Shown in pieces: positions 28,499 to 38,743 of a stretch of DNA of 60,542 bases (position 1 is its first letter; the number at the start of each line of letters is the position of its first letter). Source of the stretch: an uncultured Mycoplasmatota bacterium (GTDB lineage Bacteria; Bacillota_I; Bacilli_A; RF39; UBA660); the NCBI GenBank assembly GCA_949288035.1, contig CASEIJ010000048.1:1-60542 (forward strand). The letters are read 5' to 3'. Below the pieces are notes generated by a model, which worked only from the letters and a program-made list of their open reading frames with translations, did not search any database and was not told the origin of the DNA. Position numbers and translations under genes: made by a program.

Positions 28499-28771
28499 AT
28501 GGAACTAGAAAAACAAAAGCATTACTATTTACAAGCTCAATATCACCATTTAGATATTCAAGCAAATGATTTGGAGAGTGGTATTTCTTTTTATATGCAT
28601 CGTATCAAAGAAGGGTTATATTTATTTATCATGGATCAAACGCCATATCTATTAAATACAGAGAAAGATATCTCTTTTACTTCTGACTATTCATTTCAGG
28701 TAGGAGAATATATATTTACATTAGTAACTCCTGTAAAAGAAAAGCCGTTTTGCCTTACAAAAACAAAATAA
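28499..28771 (+). CDS. Hypothetical protein
   Basis: ORF with AAAGGAG RBS; no family recognised; sigmaE-like promoter upstream. Confidence 0.55.
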   Translation: MELEKQKHYYLQAQYHHLDIQANDLESGISFYMHRIKEGLYLFIMDQTPYLLNTEKDISFTSDYSFQVGEYIFTLVTPVKEKPFCLTKTK

Positions 28772-28837
28772 AGATATTTCTTTAGAAATTGATAATAATA
28801 CTTGCTAACAGAAAGCCATTTGTGGTATATTAATTAT

Positions 28838-28930
28838 GGCTTTTTTATTACACACATTGTGAATTTCGATGCCGAGTGCCAAAAGGTGGTGTCGTTTCGA
28901 AACAATGGAGGCTTAACAAAAGGAGGAATG
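28838..28930 (+). ncRNA. rpsB 5' leader (S2 autoregulatory structure)
   Basis: ACACAC motif followed by the cattgt...acaatg stem and GGAGG, behind TTGCTA-17-TATATT; resembles Firmicutes rpsB leaders. Confidence 0.6.
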
Positions 28931-28935
28931 AAAAT

Positions 28936-29991
28936 ATGACAGTTGTGTCAATGAGTTATTTACTTGAAGCTGGTGTTCACTTTGGACATCAAACAAAACG
29001 TTGGAATCCAAAAATGAAGGAGTATATTTATACTTCAAGAGATGATATTTATATTATCGATTTAGAGAAAACTGCACAAAAGATTGAAGAAGCTTATGCA
29101 GCTCTAAAGAAAATTGCTGATAATGGTGGAAAGGTTTTATTTGTTGGAACTAGAAAACAAGCACAAGAAGCAATGAAAGAAGAAGCGATCCGTTCTAATA
29201 GTTACTATGTAACAGAAAGATGGTTAGGTGGAACGTTAACAAACTTTAGAACAATTCGTAAAAGAGTAAAACGTTTAGAAGAAATCGAAAAGATGGAAAA
29301 AGATGGTACATTTGATGTATTACCTAAGAAAGAAGTTATCGGTTTAAAGAAAGAATACGATAAATTAAATAAATTATTATGTGGTATTCGTGATATGTAC
29401 AAATTACCAGATGCATTATATATTGTAGATCCATCTAAGGAAGCAAATGCAATTCATGAAGCTAGAATTCTTGGAATTCCAGTATTTGGAATTGTAGATA
29501 CAAATTGTGATCCAGATGATGTTGATTATGTCATTCCAGGAAATGACGATGCAATTCGTGCAGTACGTTTAATTACTGGTGTTATGGCAAATGCAATTTG
29601 TGAAGCAAATGGTGGAAAAATGAACGAATATGTAAAAGCTGATGATAAATCACAAGCAAGTGAAATCATGGCTCGTGCTGTAGATAGCGTAAAACGTAAA
29701 GAACCAAAGAGATTTGAAAAACGTAATTTTAAAAAACCATTTGATAGAAAAGCAAAAGAAAATAAAGAAACAAATTCTAACGTAAAAGAAGAAAAAAATA
29801 AAGAAGTTGCTAAAGAAGTAAAAGAAGAGAAGAAAGTAGAAGTAAAAGAAACAAAAAAAGAAGAAAAAGCCAATACGAATACTGACTTATCTAAAATGAC
29901 TGTAAGTCAACTTCGTGAGTTAGCAAAAACAAAAGACATTAAAGGATACTCAACAATGAAAAAGGCAGAATTAATTGATGCTTTAAAATAA
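28936..29991 (+). CDS. rpsB: 30S ribosomal protein S2 with long K/E-rich extension and C-terminal Rho_N-like domain
   Basis: [48 protein letters not shown]; tail [15 protein letters not shown]...KKAELIDAL. Confidence 0.97.
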   Translation: MTVVSMSYLLEAGVHFGHQTKRWNPKMKEYIYTSRDDIYIIDLEKTAQKIEEAYAALKKIADNGGKVLFVGTRKQAQEAMKEEAIRSNSYYVTERWLGGTLTNFRTIRKRVKRLEEIEKMEKDGTFDVLPKKEVIGLKKEYDKLNKLLCGIRDMYKLPDALYIVDPSKEANAIHEARILGIPVFGIVDTNCDPDDVDYVIPGNDDAIRAVRLITGVMANAICEANGGKMNEYVKADDKSQASEIMARAVDSVKRKEPKRFEKRNFKKPFDRKAKENKETNSNVKEEKNKEVAKEVKEEKKVEVKETKKEEKANTNTDLSKMTVSQLRELAKTKDIKGYSTMKKAELIDALK

Positions 29992-30043
29992 AATACGTTA
30001 GATGATTTTTATCATCTAACTTTTGTAAAGAGGAGGAAATGTT

Positions 30044-30910
30044 ATGGTAAGTGCTAGTGCCGTAAAAGAATTAAGAGAAAAAACGGGAGCAGGAATGCTA
30101 GATTGTAAAAAAGCATTAGAAGCAAATAATGGAGATATGCAAGCTTCTATTGATTGGTTAAGAGAAAAAGGTATTTCTAAAGCTGCGAAAAAAGCAGATC
30201 GTATTGCTGCCGAAGGACTTGCAGAAATTAAAATAGATGGAAATAAAGCTGCAATTGTAGAAGTAAACTCTGAAACAGACTTCGTTGCCAAAAATCCTGA
30301 GTTTAAAGAATTAGTAGATGCAATTTTAAATACAGTTTTAAAAACAGATGCTACTGATGTAGAAAGTGTATTAAACGAAGATGGATTAAATGATTTATTG
30401 GTTGCTAAAATCGCAAAGATTGGAGAAAAATTAAGTTTCCGTCGTTTTGCAAAAGTAGAAAAAACTGATTCACAACATTTTGGAGCATATATTCATATGG
30501 GAGGTAAAATTGCAGTGCTTACTGTAATTGATGGAGCAACAGATGATGTAGCACGTGATGTTGCAATGCATGCTGCTGCAATGAGACCACAATATGTTAC
30601 TAAAGAAGAAGTTCCTGAAGAAGTTGTAAATCATGAAAAAGAAGTATTAACAGAACAAGCAATGAATGAAGGAAAACCAAAAGAAATTGCTGAAAAAATG
30701 GTAATGGGAAGAATTAATAAATTCTATAAAGAAATTTGTTTAGCTGAACAACCATTTGTAAAAGATGGAGATGTAACGGTATCACAATATGTAAAAAATA
30801 ATGGTGGTACAATTGTTAATATGATTCGTTTTGAAGTTGGAGAAGGAATGGAAAAACGTGAAGAAAACTTTGCAGAAGAAGTTATGAATCAAATTAATCA
30901 AAATAAGTAG
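30044..30910 (+). CDS. tsf: Elongation factor Ts
   Basis: [38 protein letters not shown]. Confidence 0.98.
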   Translation: MVSASAVKELREKTGAGMLDCKKALEANNGDMQASIDWLREKGISKAAKKADRIAAEGLAEIKIDGNKAAIVEVNSETDFVAKNPEFKELVDAILNTVLKTDATDVESVLNEDGLNDLLVAKIAKIGEKLSFRRFAKVEKTDSQHFGAYIHMGGKIAVLTVIDGATDDVARDVAMHAAAMRPQYVTKEEVPEEVVNHEKEVLTEQAMNEGKPKEIAEKMVMGRINKFYKEICLAEQPFVKDGDVTVSQYVKNNGGTIVNMIRFEVGEGMEKREENFAEEVMNQINQNK

Positions 30911-30941
30911 TTTGTAGTTTGTTTTAAGTTGTAAGTAGTGT

Positions 30942-31457
30942 GTGAATACATACTACTTTTTTGCGCTTAGAAAGGACTTATTTATGATAAAAAGAGAAAA
31001 TATTTATTTGGGAATTAGAAATAATAAAGGAGTAATTACTCCATTGGTAGGAGTATATGATCACAATCAAGTAAGAAATTTAGAGAATGGAGAATTATTA
31101 AATCAAACAGGGGAAATATATGGGGCGATTGATGGGTTTCCATCATGTCCTTTAAATCAAATATTGGAAGCATGGCAATTTGAAAATGAATTAACAGACC
31201 AAGAAGTACATATGATTACAACGATTTTTCGATATCCAGAATTAGTTCAAAGAGAGATGAAAAGAATTAATACGGACTTATTAGATCAAGAGGCTTTATG
31301 GATGTTAGAACATGTTTATATTATGACGCAAAATACAAATATAAAAAAACAATCACTAGATGGAATAGAAAGACAAAAAGAAATGTTGTCAGCATATCGT
31401 GATCACATCTTTCAGCAATATATAGGAACGAAACAAAAAAGAAAAGAATGGCGTTAA
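30942..31457 (+). CDS. Hypothetical protein
   Basis: 171-aa ORF, no family recognised. Confidence 0.55.
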   Translation: MNTYYFFALRKDLFMIKRENIYLGIRNNKGVITPLVGVYDHNQVRNLENGELLNQTGEIYGAIDGFPSCPLNQILEAWQFENELTDQEVHMITTIFRYPELVQREMKRINTDLLDQEALWMLEHVYIMTQNTNIKKQSLDGIERQKEMLSAYRDHIFQQYIGTKQKRKEWR

Positions 31458-31459
31458 TG

Positions 31460-32047
31460 TCATTCCTTTTTTGTGCGATAACATGTTTCTAATTGTACAA
31501 CTTGAATATGAGAAAGTAATAATAATGATTGTATTTCATCCTGATTTATATATCCCTCGTATGTAATTTGTTCTAAATAAGTTTTATTTGTGATTTCAAA
31601 ATTTGGATATTGTTTTAAAATGGTTTGTTCTAAATCATAAGGAAAAGTAATTTGGATATGTTGTTTTAATATGAACGGAACTATATTTGCTTGATTTACA
31701 CCATGAATTGTTGCGTTTGAATAAGCACGAACAAGACCACCAGCCCCTAGTTTAATTCCACCAAAATAGCGAATTACAATTGCTAAAATATAGTATAAAT
31801 GGTGCTTTTCTAATACATTTAAAATAGGTTGTCCAGCTGTTTTAGAAGGTTCTCCATCATCACTACATCTTTTATCATGGAGTAAGATATACGCATAACA
31901 GTAATGCGTTGCTCCCGGATATTCTTTTTTGATTTGTTCTATTTTCTCTTTTACATCACTGCTATCTGTAACCGGGATAAGACAAGTAATAAAGCGAGAT
32001 TTTTTAATTTCTATTTCACAAGTTACTTTTTCTGTAATTCCAAACAT
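31460..32047 (-). CDS. yigZ: YigZ/IMPACT family protein
   Basis: IKKSRFI, ATHYCYAY, SDDGEPSKTAG, RYFGGIKLGAGGLVRAY. Confidence 0.93.
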   Translation of the reverse strand: MFGITEKVTCEIEIKKSRFITCLIPVTDSSDVKEKIEQIKKEYPGATHYCYAYILLHDKRCSDDGEPSKTAGQPILNVLEKHHLYYILAIVIRYFGGIKLGAGGLVRAYSNATIHGVNQANIVPFILKQHIQITFPYDLEQTILKQYPNFEITNKTYLEQITYEGYINQDEIQSLLLLSHIQVVQLETCYRTKKE

Positions 32048-32125
32048 GAATACACCTCAATATTTATTATACCAATCTTGTCAAAAAATGGAAAGTAAAT
32101 ACATAGACTATAATAGGTGAAAAGT

Positions 32126-32515
32126 ATGTATGATAAAATGTATGTAAGAGGTATCTGTATACAAGATGGTAAAATCTTATTAGAGAAGGTAAAAGGAAAA
32201 TATCAATTACCTGGTGGAATGGTCATTCAAGATGAGTTTTTAAAAGAAGCATTGATTCGTAACTTTTTAACAAAGTATGGAATACATATACAAGTTAGAA
32301 GGGGTAGAGTATACGATGTTAATACAAAACCACTAGAATATGTATATATGGTAAAAACTAATGATACAATTATCGATCCCAGTTTAGAATGGATTACATT
32401 AGAACGTTTTGCGAAAATTCCATTTTATCAAGAAGTGATTCGTGAAGCAATGTTAAAACATATGCCCAGTGAACAAGAAATAGAAGATGTTATTTTAATT
32501 GAAAATGCGAACTAG
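32126..32515 (+). CDS. NUDIX-fold protein with degenerate Nudix box
   Basis: VRGICIQDGKILL, YQLPGG; box G-X5-E-X7-R-NFLTK-YGI lacks the REUXEE glutamates. Confidence 0.6.
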   Translation: MYDKMYVRGICIQDGKILLEKVKGKYQLPGGMVIQDEFLKEALIRNFLTKYGIHIQVRRGRVYDVNTKPLEYVYMVKTNDTIIDPSLEWITLERFAKIPFYQEVIREAMLKHMPSEQEIEDVILIENAN

Positions 32516-32571
32516 GCATTTTTCTTTTTATCTAATGCATGATATAATATTTTTCGAAAGAGGGCAAATAT

Positions 32572-33450
32572 ATGGGACAAGCAAAAAAACATGCGTTTTT
32601 TACAGATGTTGAGATACTTTGTTTCTTATTGAGAATGAATGATATTGGGAAACTACAACCATATCTTTCTATGTCAAATGAAGAACTTGAGGAAACGTTT
32701 GTACAATATCACGAATTATTAGAAACAGAAAAGAACGAGGAATCTCATCCGACACCGGAAATGACAATGGATCCAACAGAACATATGATTTCTATGTTAA
32801 AAAAACGAACCATATTAGTCAAATATCGCAATGTTTTATCTGCATGTTTAAATTTCGAACATGAAATGAAAGAACCTACTGAATCTGAAATAAAGCTATT
32901 AGAACAATTTATCTTAAATGGTTTTTCTGAAGTGTCAGATTATCCAGAATTTACCCCTCAAGAGATGAATGATGTCATTTCAATTATGAATGGTGATCCA
33001 AATAGTTATGCCATATATGATTCTTATATCATGAATGCCTTCTCATATACTTGGAAGAGTAGTACCTTGATCATGAATTCAAATAAACTGAAAAAAAGAC
33101 AAGATAAGCGTTTAAAAAGAACAAATCGTATTGGTAATGCGATACTTTGGATTTTTCTTAGTTATTTTCATTATCAAGAAGAAGCATATTTAAATATCGT
33201 TGGAGATGTTTCTACATTATTGTTATATCAATGGATATTTTACATTAAAAATCACGAAGAAGATCCAGTAAAAGAAAACGAAAAAATAGCGTATATTTTT
33301 AAATGGATGATGTCGAGTGGTGTATTAACAGGATTAGAGGAAAATCAATTGACAAGTATCTCTATCTTTTTATTAATGATATATTACTTATCAAGTAAAT
33401 TATATATAAAAGGTGCTCAGTTAGAAAAAGAAAAACAAATTAGAAAATAA
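32572..33450 (+). CDS. Hypothetical protein with C-terminal hydrophobic segments
   Basis: 292-aa ORF, own promoter and RBS, no family recognised. Confidence 0.55.
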   Translation: MGQAKKHAFFTDVEILCFLLRMNDIGKLQPYLSMSNEELEETFVQYHELLETEKNEESHPTPEMTMDPTEHMISMLKKRTILVKYRNVLSACLNFEHEMKEPTESEIKLLEQFILNGFSEVSDYPEFTPQEMNDVISIMNGDPNSYAIYDSYIMNAFSYTWKSSTLIMNSNKLKKRQDKRLKRTNRIGNAILWIFLSYFHYQEEAYLNIVGDVSTLLLYQWIFYIKNHEEDPVKENEKIAYIFKWMMSSGVLTGLEENQLTSISIFLLMIYYLSSKLYIKGAQLEKEKQIRK

Positions 33451-33462
33451 GGAGGTGTCTTT

Positions 33463-35238
33463 GTGTTAAAAGAAAAATTAAGTTTAGTACCTAATAAACC
33501 TGGTTGTTATTTGATGAAGAATGAAGATGGAACTATCATTTATGTAGGAAAAGCTAAGAAATTAAAAAATCGTCTCAGCTCTTATTTTCGGGGAACACAT
33601 ACTGGAAAGACAGCTCGCTTAGTCAGTGAAATCCGTGATTTTGAATACGTCGTTGTTGGTAGTGAAAAAGAATCATTAGTATTAGAATTAAACCTAATCA
33701 AAAAATACGATCCTAAATATAATATATTATTAAGAGATGATAAACGTTATCCTTATATAGAACTTACCAATGAATCAGTACCACGTTTAACGATCGTTCG
33801 TAACGTCAATCGGAAAAGAAAAAATCAAACCCGTATTTTTGGACCCTATCCAAATGTAACAGCAGCTAGAAATACTGTGAATTTATTAAATCGTATTTAT
33901 CCCCTTAGAAAATGTCGCACCTATCAAAAAAAGCCTTGTCTGTACTATCATATTGGCCAATGTCTCGGTTATTGTACCAACCAAGTACCTAATACACAGA
34001 TTAAAGAGTTAGAAGAAGAAATCTTAAGATTTCTTCGTGGGGATGCTAGTTCTGTATTAAATAAAATAGAAACAGATATGTATGAAGCAAGTAAAAATTT
34101 AAATTTTGAACGCGCTAAAGAATTAAAAGAATTAAGAGATTATATTCAAATTACATTACAAAAACAAAAAGTCGAAATCAATGATACAACTTCTCGTGAT
34201 GTATTTGGATATTATGTTGATAAAGGTTATTTATCAATGCAAGTATTTTTTATTCGTGGCGGCAAAATATTAGAACGTCATTCTGCCATTTTCCCACTCA
34301 TCGATGAAGTAGAAAATGAAGTGATTCGTTATATCGCAACATTCTATGAGAAAGATATTTTACCACCAAAAGAGATTATGGTTCCAAATTTATCTGGTGT
34401 AGAGGAGTTATCTAGTTATTTAGAAGTTCCAATATTTATTCCACTGCGTGGTGTCAAAAAGAAATTAGTAGATATGGCATGTAAAAATGCAGAAATTGCT
34501 TTAAACGAGAAATTTGAATTAATTCAAAGAGATGAAGAAAGAACCATTGGTGCTAATGAAGAATTAAAAGAAATTCTCCATCTAGATAAATTAGATCGCA
34601 TTGAATTATTTGATAACTCCAATTTATTTGGTAGTTATAATGTTTCAGGAATGGTTGTATTTAAACATGGAAAACCAAGTAAAAACGATTATCGTAAATT
34701 TAAAATAAGTGTTGATAAAAACGATGATTATGGTACGATGAGAGAGGCAATTTATCGTAGATATTTTCGTGTTTTAAAAGATCATTTAGAACGTCCTGAC
34801 TTAATTATTGTCGATGGTGGTACTGGTCAAATCAATGTTGCTAGAGAAGTATTAGAATCATTAGGAATGCAAATTCCAGTGGTAGGATTAAAAAAAGATA
34901 ATCACCATGCAACTAGTAAATTACTTGCATTTGATCCGTTAATTGAAATTGATATCGATAAACGTAGTAACTTATTTTATTACTTAGAAAGAATGCAAGA
35001 TGAAGTCCATAACTTTACAATCCATTACCATCAACAATTACGCAGTAAAGGTGCTTTAGAAAGTGTATTAGACCATGTCGATGGAATTGGTGAAAAAAGA
35101 AAGAAACAATTACTTAAAAAGTATCATTCTACTTCTAAATTAAAAACTGTCAGTGTCGCAGAATTAGGGGAAGTATTACCTCAACAAGTTGCTCAAAACT
35201 TACATGATTTTTTGCAAGAAATGGATCAAGAAAAATAG
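33463..35238 (+). CDS. uvrC: Excinuclease ABC subunit C
   Basis: PGCYLMK, IIYVGKAKKL (GIY-YIG), KYNILLRDDK, CLYYHIGQC, ELFDNS, LIIVDGG, HhH tail. Confidence 0.97.
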   Translation: MLKEKLSLVPNKPGCYLMKNEDGTIIYVGKAKKLKNRLSSYFRGTHTGKTARLVSEIRDFEYVVVGSEKESLVLELNLIKKYDPKYNILLRDDKRYPYIELTNESVPRLTIVRNVNRKRKNQTRIFGPYPNVTAARNTVNLLNRIYPLRKCRTYQKKPCLYYHIGQCLGYCTNQVPNTQIKELEEEILRFLRGDASSVLNKIETDMYEASKNLNFERAKELKELRDYIQITLQKQKVEINDTTSRDVFGYYVDKGYLSMQVFFIRGGKILERHSAIFPLIDEVENEVIRYIATFYEKDILPPKEIMVPNLSGVEELSSYLEVPIFIPLRGVKKKLVDMACKNAEIALNEKFELIQRDEERTIGANEELKEILHLDKLDRIELFDNSNLFGSYNVSGMVVFKHGKPSKNDYRKFKISVDKNDDYGTMREAIYRRYFRVLKDHLERPDLIIVDGGTGQINVAREVLESLGMQIPVVGLKKDNHHATSKLLAFDPLIEIDIDKRSNLFYYLERMQDEVHNFTIHYHQQLRSKGALESVLDHVDGIGEKRKKQLLKKYHSTSKLKTVSVAELGEVLPQQVAQNLHDFLQEMDQEK

Positions 35239-35387
35239 TATATGATATCGTTTCATATACTATTTATTTTGAGGTTATGTCAATCGTTTATTGTATCTTG
35301 TATTCCTTTTCCACTTTCTATTTGTAAATGACTTCTCATTTCATAAATAATTTGCTATACTAATGATAACGGAAACTAGGTGAAAGT

Positions 35388-35522
35388 ATGAAGTCCGATT
35401 CATTTGCTAGCTATAAGTTACCATGGGGGGGGTATTTAGCTAATTTTTTCCATGTTTTTCAGAATCGAAATTATCTTTTTCAGCAAAGAGGTAAATATCA
35501 TATTCGTAGTTCAATCCATTGA
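35388..35522 (+). CDS. Possible 44-aa upstream ORF containing a G8 tract
   Basis: MKSDSFASYKLPWGGYLANFFHVFQNRNYLFQQRGKYHIRSSIH; AGGTG RBS and TATACT -10 upstream; coding status uncertain. Confidence 0.3.
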   Translation: MKSDSFASYKLPWGGYLANFFHVFQNRNYLFQQRGKYHIRSSIH

Positions 35523-35559
35523 TTGGTTACACTAGAATATGATAAAGGAGTATAGGAGT

Positions 35560-36858
35560 ATGAAAAAAGTAATATGTATTTTGGTAATACTATGTTGTGC
35601 TGCGACTGGAATCGGAGCAGGGTATTGGTATGCCAATCAATTAGATCAAGAAGAAAAGAAAAAAATAGAAGAGCAAACTATAAGCCAAGCACAAAAAATG
35701 TTAAATCAATTATATCAAGATGAAGAAAAAACAAAACCTCGTTTAGATATAACGCAAAAAGAATTAGATGCATTACAAACATATATTGAGAAAATGAACG
35801 ATCCGAAAGAAAAGAAACAATTAGAAAAACAATTTCAAAAAATCAAATCATTTTATAATTTACAACAAAGATTAAATCATTTCTTTGAAGGTGATGTGAT
35901 CAAGAAAGAAATTACAAAAACAGATTTATTAGATTATCAAAAACAGTTAGAAAAAAGATCACAAGTAGAACAATCCTTATTAAAAGATAAATTAATGCAA
36001 GGAATAGAACAATTAACTCAGACAGAAACAGCTATTTCCAAATTAAGAGGATTATTTCAAGATGATGAATTATCTCAAGTACGGGAAAATGTGAGTCGCC
36101 AAGAGTATGAAGATGTATATCAATTTATGAAGAATTTAAAACAGACATGGGTTTTATCCAATTATGAAGAGAAATTTCAATTAGTAAATGAATACGTGAC
36201 AAAAAAAGAAGAAGAAGCCAAAAGAAAGGCTGCGGAAGAAAGAGAAAGACAAAGACAGCTTGCTTTAGCAGAACAGCGTCGAAAAGAAGAAGAACAACGA
36301 AAAATAGAAGAAGCATATGTTGAGATTACAGGAATTGAATTTATAAACCAAAGAACAAATCAAGTCTTAAATGGTTGTGAAGCTGCCTCTTTATTAATGT
36401 CACTTCATTATCGTGGATATGCAACCACTCATAATCTTGTTTCATTTGCAAATGAAATGCCAAAGCACGATACAGATCCACACTAAGGATTTATTCATTC
36501 TATTTTCGATTTAGAACCGAAAAATGTTACCCATTGGATCGCACCCGATGCACTGGCTCGTTTTGGTTCCAATTATGCAACAACTACGAACATTTCAGGA
36601 AGCTCACCAGAACAGTTAAAAGAATATATTAATCAGAGAAAACCTGTGGTTGTGTATACAACATCTAATTTTAATTATCCATCAACGTGGGATGGAGAAG
36701 TTCCTTTAAATTTACATGTAGTATTATTAACTAGATATAACCGAATTACAGGAAATTATATTGTGTTAGACCCATGGAATGGTAGAAAAATAATTTTAAA
36801 ACAGAAATTTGAATCGATTTATAATTTAATGAGATATGCGGTAGTCGTTCAATCATGA
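35560..36858 (+). pseudogene. Membrane-anchored C39-like (YvpB/C39_2) cysteine peptidase split by in-frame TAA at 36484-36486
   Basis: ORFs 35539..36486 and 36646..36858 share a frame; reading continues DPH*GFIHSIF...; Cys (NGCEAAS) lies before the stop, His (NLHVV) and Asp (LDPW) after it. Confidence 0.8.
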
Positions 36859-36914
36859 CTACTTTTCTCATGGAAAAATAGGAAATTTGTGGTAAAATGA
36901 AAATGGTGATAAAA

Positions 36915-38729
36915 ATGGCAAAAATTCATATTATGGATGAAATTCTAGCCAATAAGATTGCAGCTGGAGAAGTTGTAGAACGATGTAGTTCAGTTGTAAA
37001 AGAATTGGTAGAAAATAGTATAGATGCAGAGTCTACAGAGATTAAAATTGAATTAATTGATGCGGGAACAAGAGAAATTAAAGTAACAGATAATGGTACG
37101 GGAATGGATCAAGAAGATGCAGTAAATGCTTTTGGAAGACATGCGACTAGTAAATTAACATCAGAAGATGATTTATATCGTATTGAGACATTAGGCTTTC
37201 GTGGTGAAGCACTTCCTTCCATTGCTTCTGTCAGTGAAGTGACTTTAACTACCTCTACAGGAGATGTAGGAACGATTGTAAAAATCAATGGCGGTAAATT
37301 AATCTCAGTGGATCGTGGAGATGCTAGAAAGGGAACTATTTTTCAAGTTAAAAATTTATTTTATAATACTCCAGCCCGTTTAAAGCACTTGAAGAGTTTA
37401 TATTCTGAACTTGGAAGTATTACAGACTATGTAAATAAAATTGCACTTTCTCATCCTGATATTAAATTTCGTTTAATTAATAATGATAACGAAATTTTAA
37501 ATACAGATGGAACCAATCACTTACTAAAAACAATTAAATCTGTATATGGATTAAATGTCGCTCGTAAAATGATTGAAGTAAGTGCTAGTGATGATGATTA
37601 TACAGTTTATGGATTTATTTCAATGCCAGAGGTTCATCGTTCATCTAGAAATCACATGGTAACCATTGTCAATGGTCGTGTTGTTAGAAACCAAGAATTA
37701 AATCGTGTGATTAATGATGCATATCATTCTTTTAAACCTGATACGAGATATCCAATCGTTGTCTTAGAAATTCATGTTGATACGAGTTTAGTGGATGTGA
37801 ATATTCATCCTACTAAGATGGATATTAAATTTAGTAAATTAGAAGAATTAAAAGAATTAATTACAAATATGATTCGTGAAAAATTACATCATAAGAATTT
37901 AATTCCTACTGCTGATTTAGAAACAGAATCAAAAGAAGAAGTAAATAGACCAAAATATGTAGAACAGACATTGGTATTAGAAAAAGAAATTGCAGAACCA
38001 ACAGAACCAGAACTAGATTTTGAAGAAGAGAGAATTCCTATCAATACTGATTTTGTAGAAGAAAAAACAGAAGAAACAATTTTAGAAGAATCACAAAAAG
38101 AAAATAATCAAGAAATTGAAATGAAAAAGAGAATGCCAGAAATGTATCCAGTTGGAATTGTTCATGGGACTTATATTATTTGTCAGAATGAAGAGGGAAT
38201 GTTTTTAATCGATCAACATGCAGCCAAAGAAAGAGTAAATTATGAATATTATATGAAGAAAATGGGAAATCCTAATATCGCATCAACCCCATTATTATTT
38301 CCAATTACAATCGAATTATCTAGTTCGGAATTTGTTTATGTGAAAGAAAAGTTAGATGTATTAAGAGATCTGAAATTTGTAGTAGAAGAGTTTGGTTATC
38401 AATCTCTATTAATTAAAGAACATCCAGCATGGTTACCACAGGACTATGTAGAAGATAGTATTCGTAAAATTATTGAAATTATTATTCAAGAAGGAAAGCA
38501 TTTTTCTATTGAAAAATTTAATGAGAAAGTAGCAACGATGATGAGTTGTAAACATGCAATCAAAGCAAATCAATATGTCGATATGAAAGAGATTGAACAA
38601 TTGATTTACGATTTAAGAAAATGTGATAATCCATTCAATTGTCCCCATGGAAGGCCAACAACTGTCTTTTTAACGAATTATGATTTAGAAAAATTATTTA
38701 AACGTAGTGGTTTTGAGAATTTAAAATAA
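36915..38729 (+). CDS. mutL: DNA mismatch repair protein MutL
   Basis: IAAGEVVER..SVVKELVENSIDA, GFRGEALPSI, DVNIHPTK, DQHAAKER, SCK, CPHGRP. Confidence 0.97.
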   Translation: MAKIHIMDEILANKIAAGEVVERCSSVVKELVENSIDAESTEIKIELIDAGTREIKVTDNGTGMDQEDAVNAFGRHATSKLTSEDDLYRIETLGFRGEALPSIASVSEVTLTTSTGDVGTIVKINGGKLISVDRGDARKGTIFQVKNLFYNTPARLKHLKSLYSELGSITDYVNKIALSHPDIKFRLINNDNEILNTDGTNHLLKTIKSVYGLNVARKMIEVSASDDDYTVYGFISMPEVHRSSRNHMVTIVNGRVVRNQELNRVINDAYHSFKPDTRYPIVVLEIHVDTSLVDVNIHPTKMDIKFSKLEELKELITNMIREKLHHKNLIPTADLETESKEEVNRPKYVEQTLVLEKEIAEPTEPELDFEEERIPINTDFVEEKTEETILEESQKENNQEIEMKKRMPEMYPVGIVHGTYIICQNEEGMFLIDQHAAKERVNYEYYMKKMGNPNIASTPLLFPITIELSSSEFVYVKEKLDVLRDLKFVVEEFGYQSLLIKEHPAWLPQDYVEDSIRKIIEIIIQEGKHFSIEKFNEKVATMMSCKHAIKANQYVDMKEIEQLIYDLRKCDNPFNCPHGRPTTVFLTNYDLEKLFKRSGFENLK

Positions 38730-38743
38730 AAAGGAGGAAATTT

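Noticed and set aside
35365-35425. c-di-GMP-I riboswitch-like GGAAAC...GAAA start
   Set aside because: The conserved GCAAA/GACGCAAAGC core and second stem are absent.
36484-36486. Stop-codon reassignment or genetic code 4
   Set aside because: TAA, TAG and TGA all end well-conserved genes in the window and Trp is encoded by TGG; one internal TAA is better explained by mutation or error.
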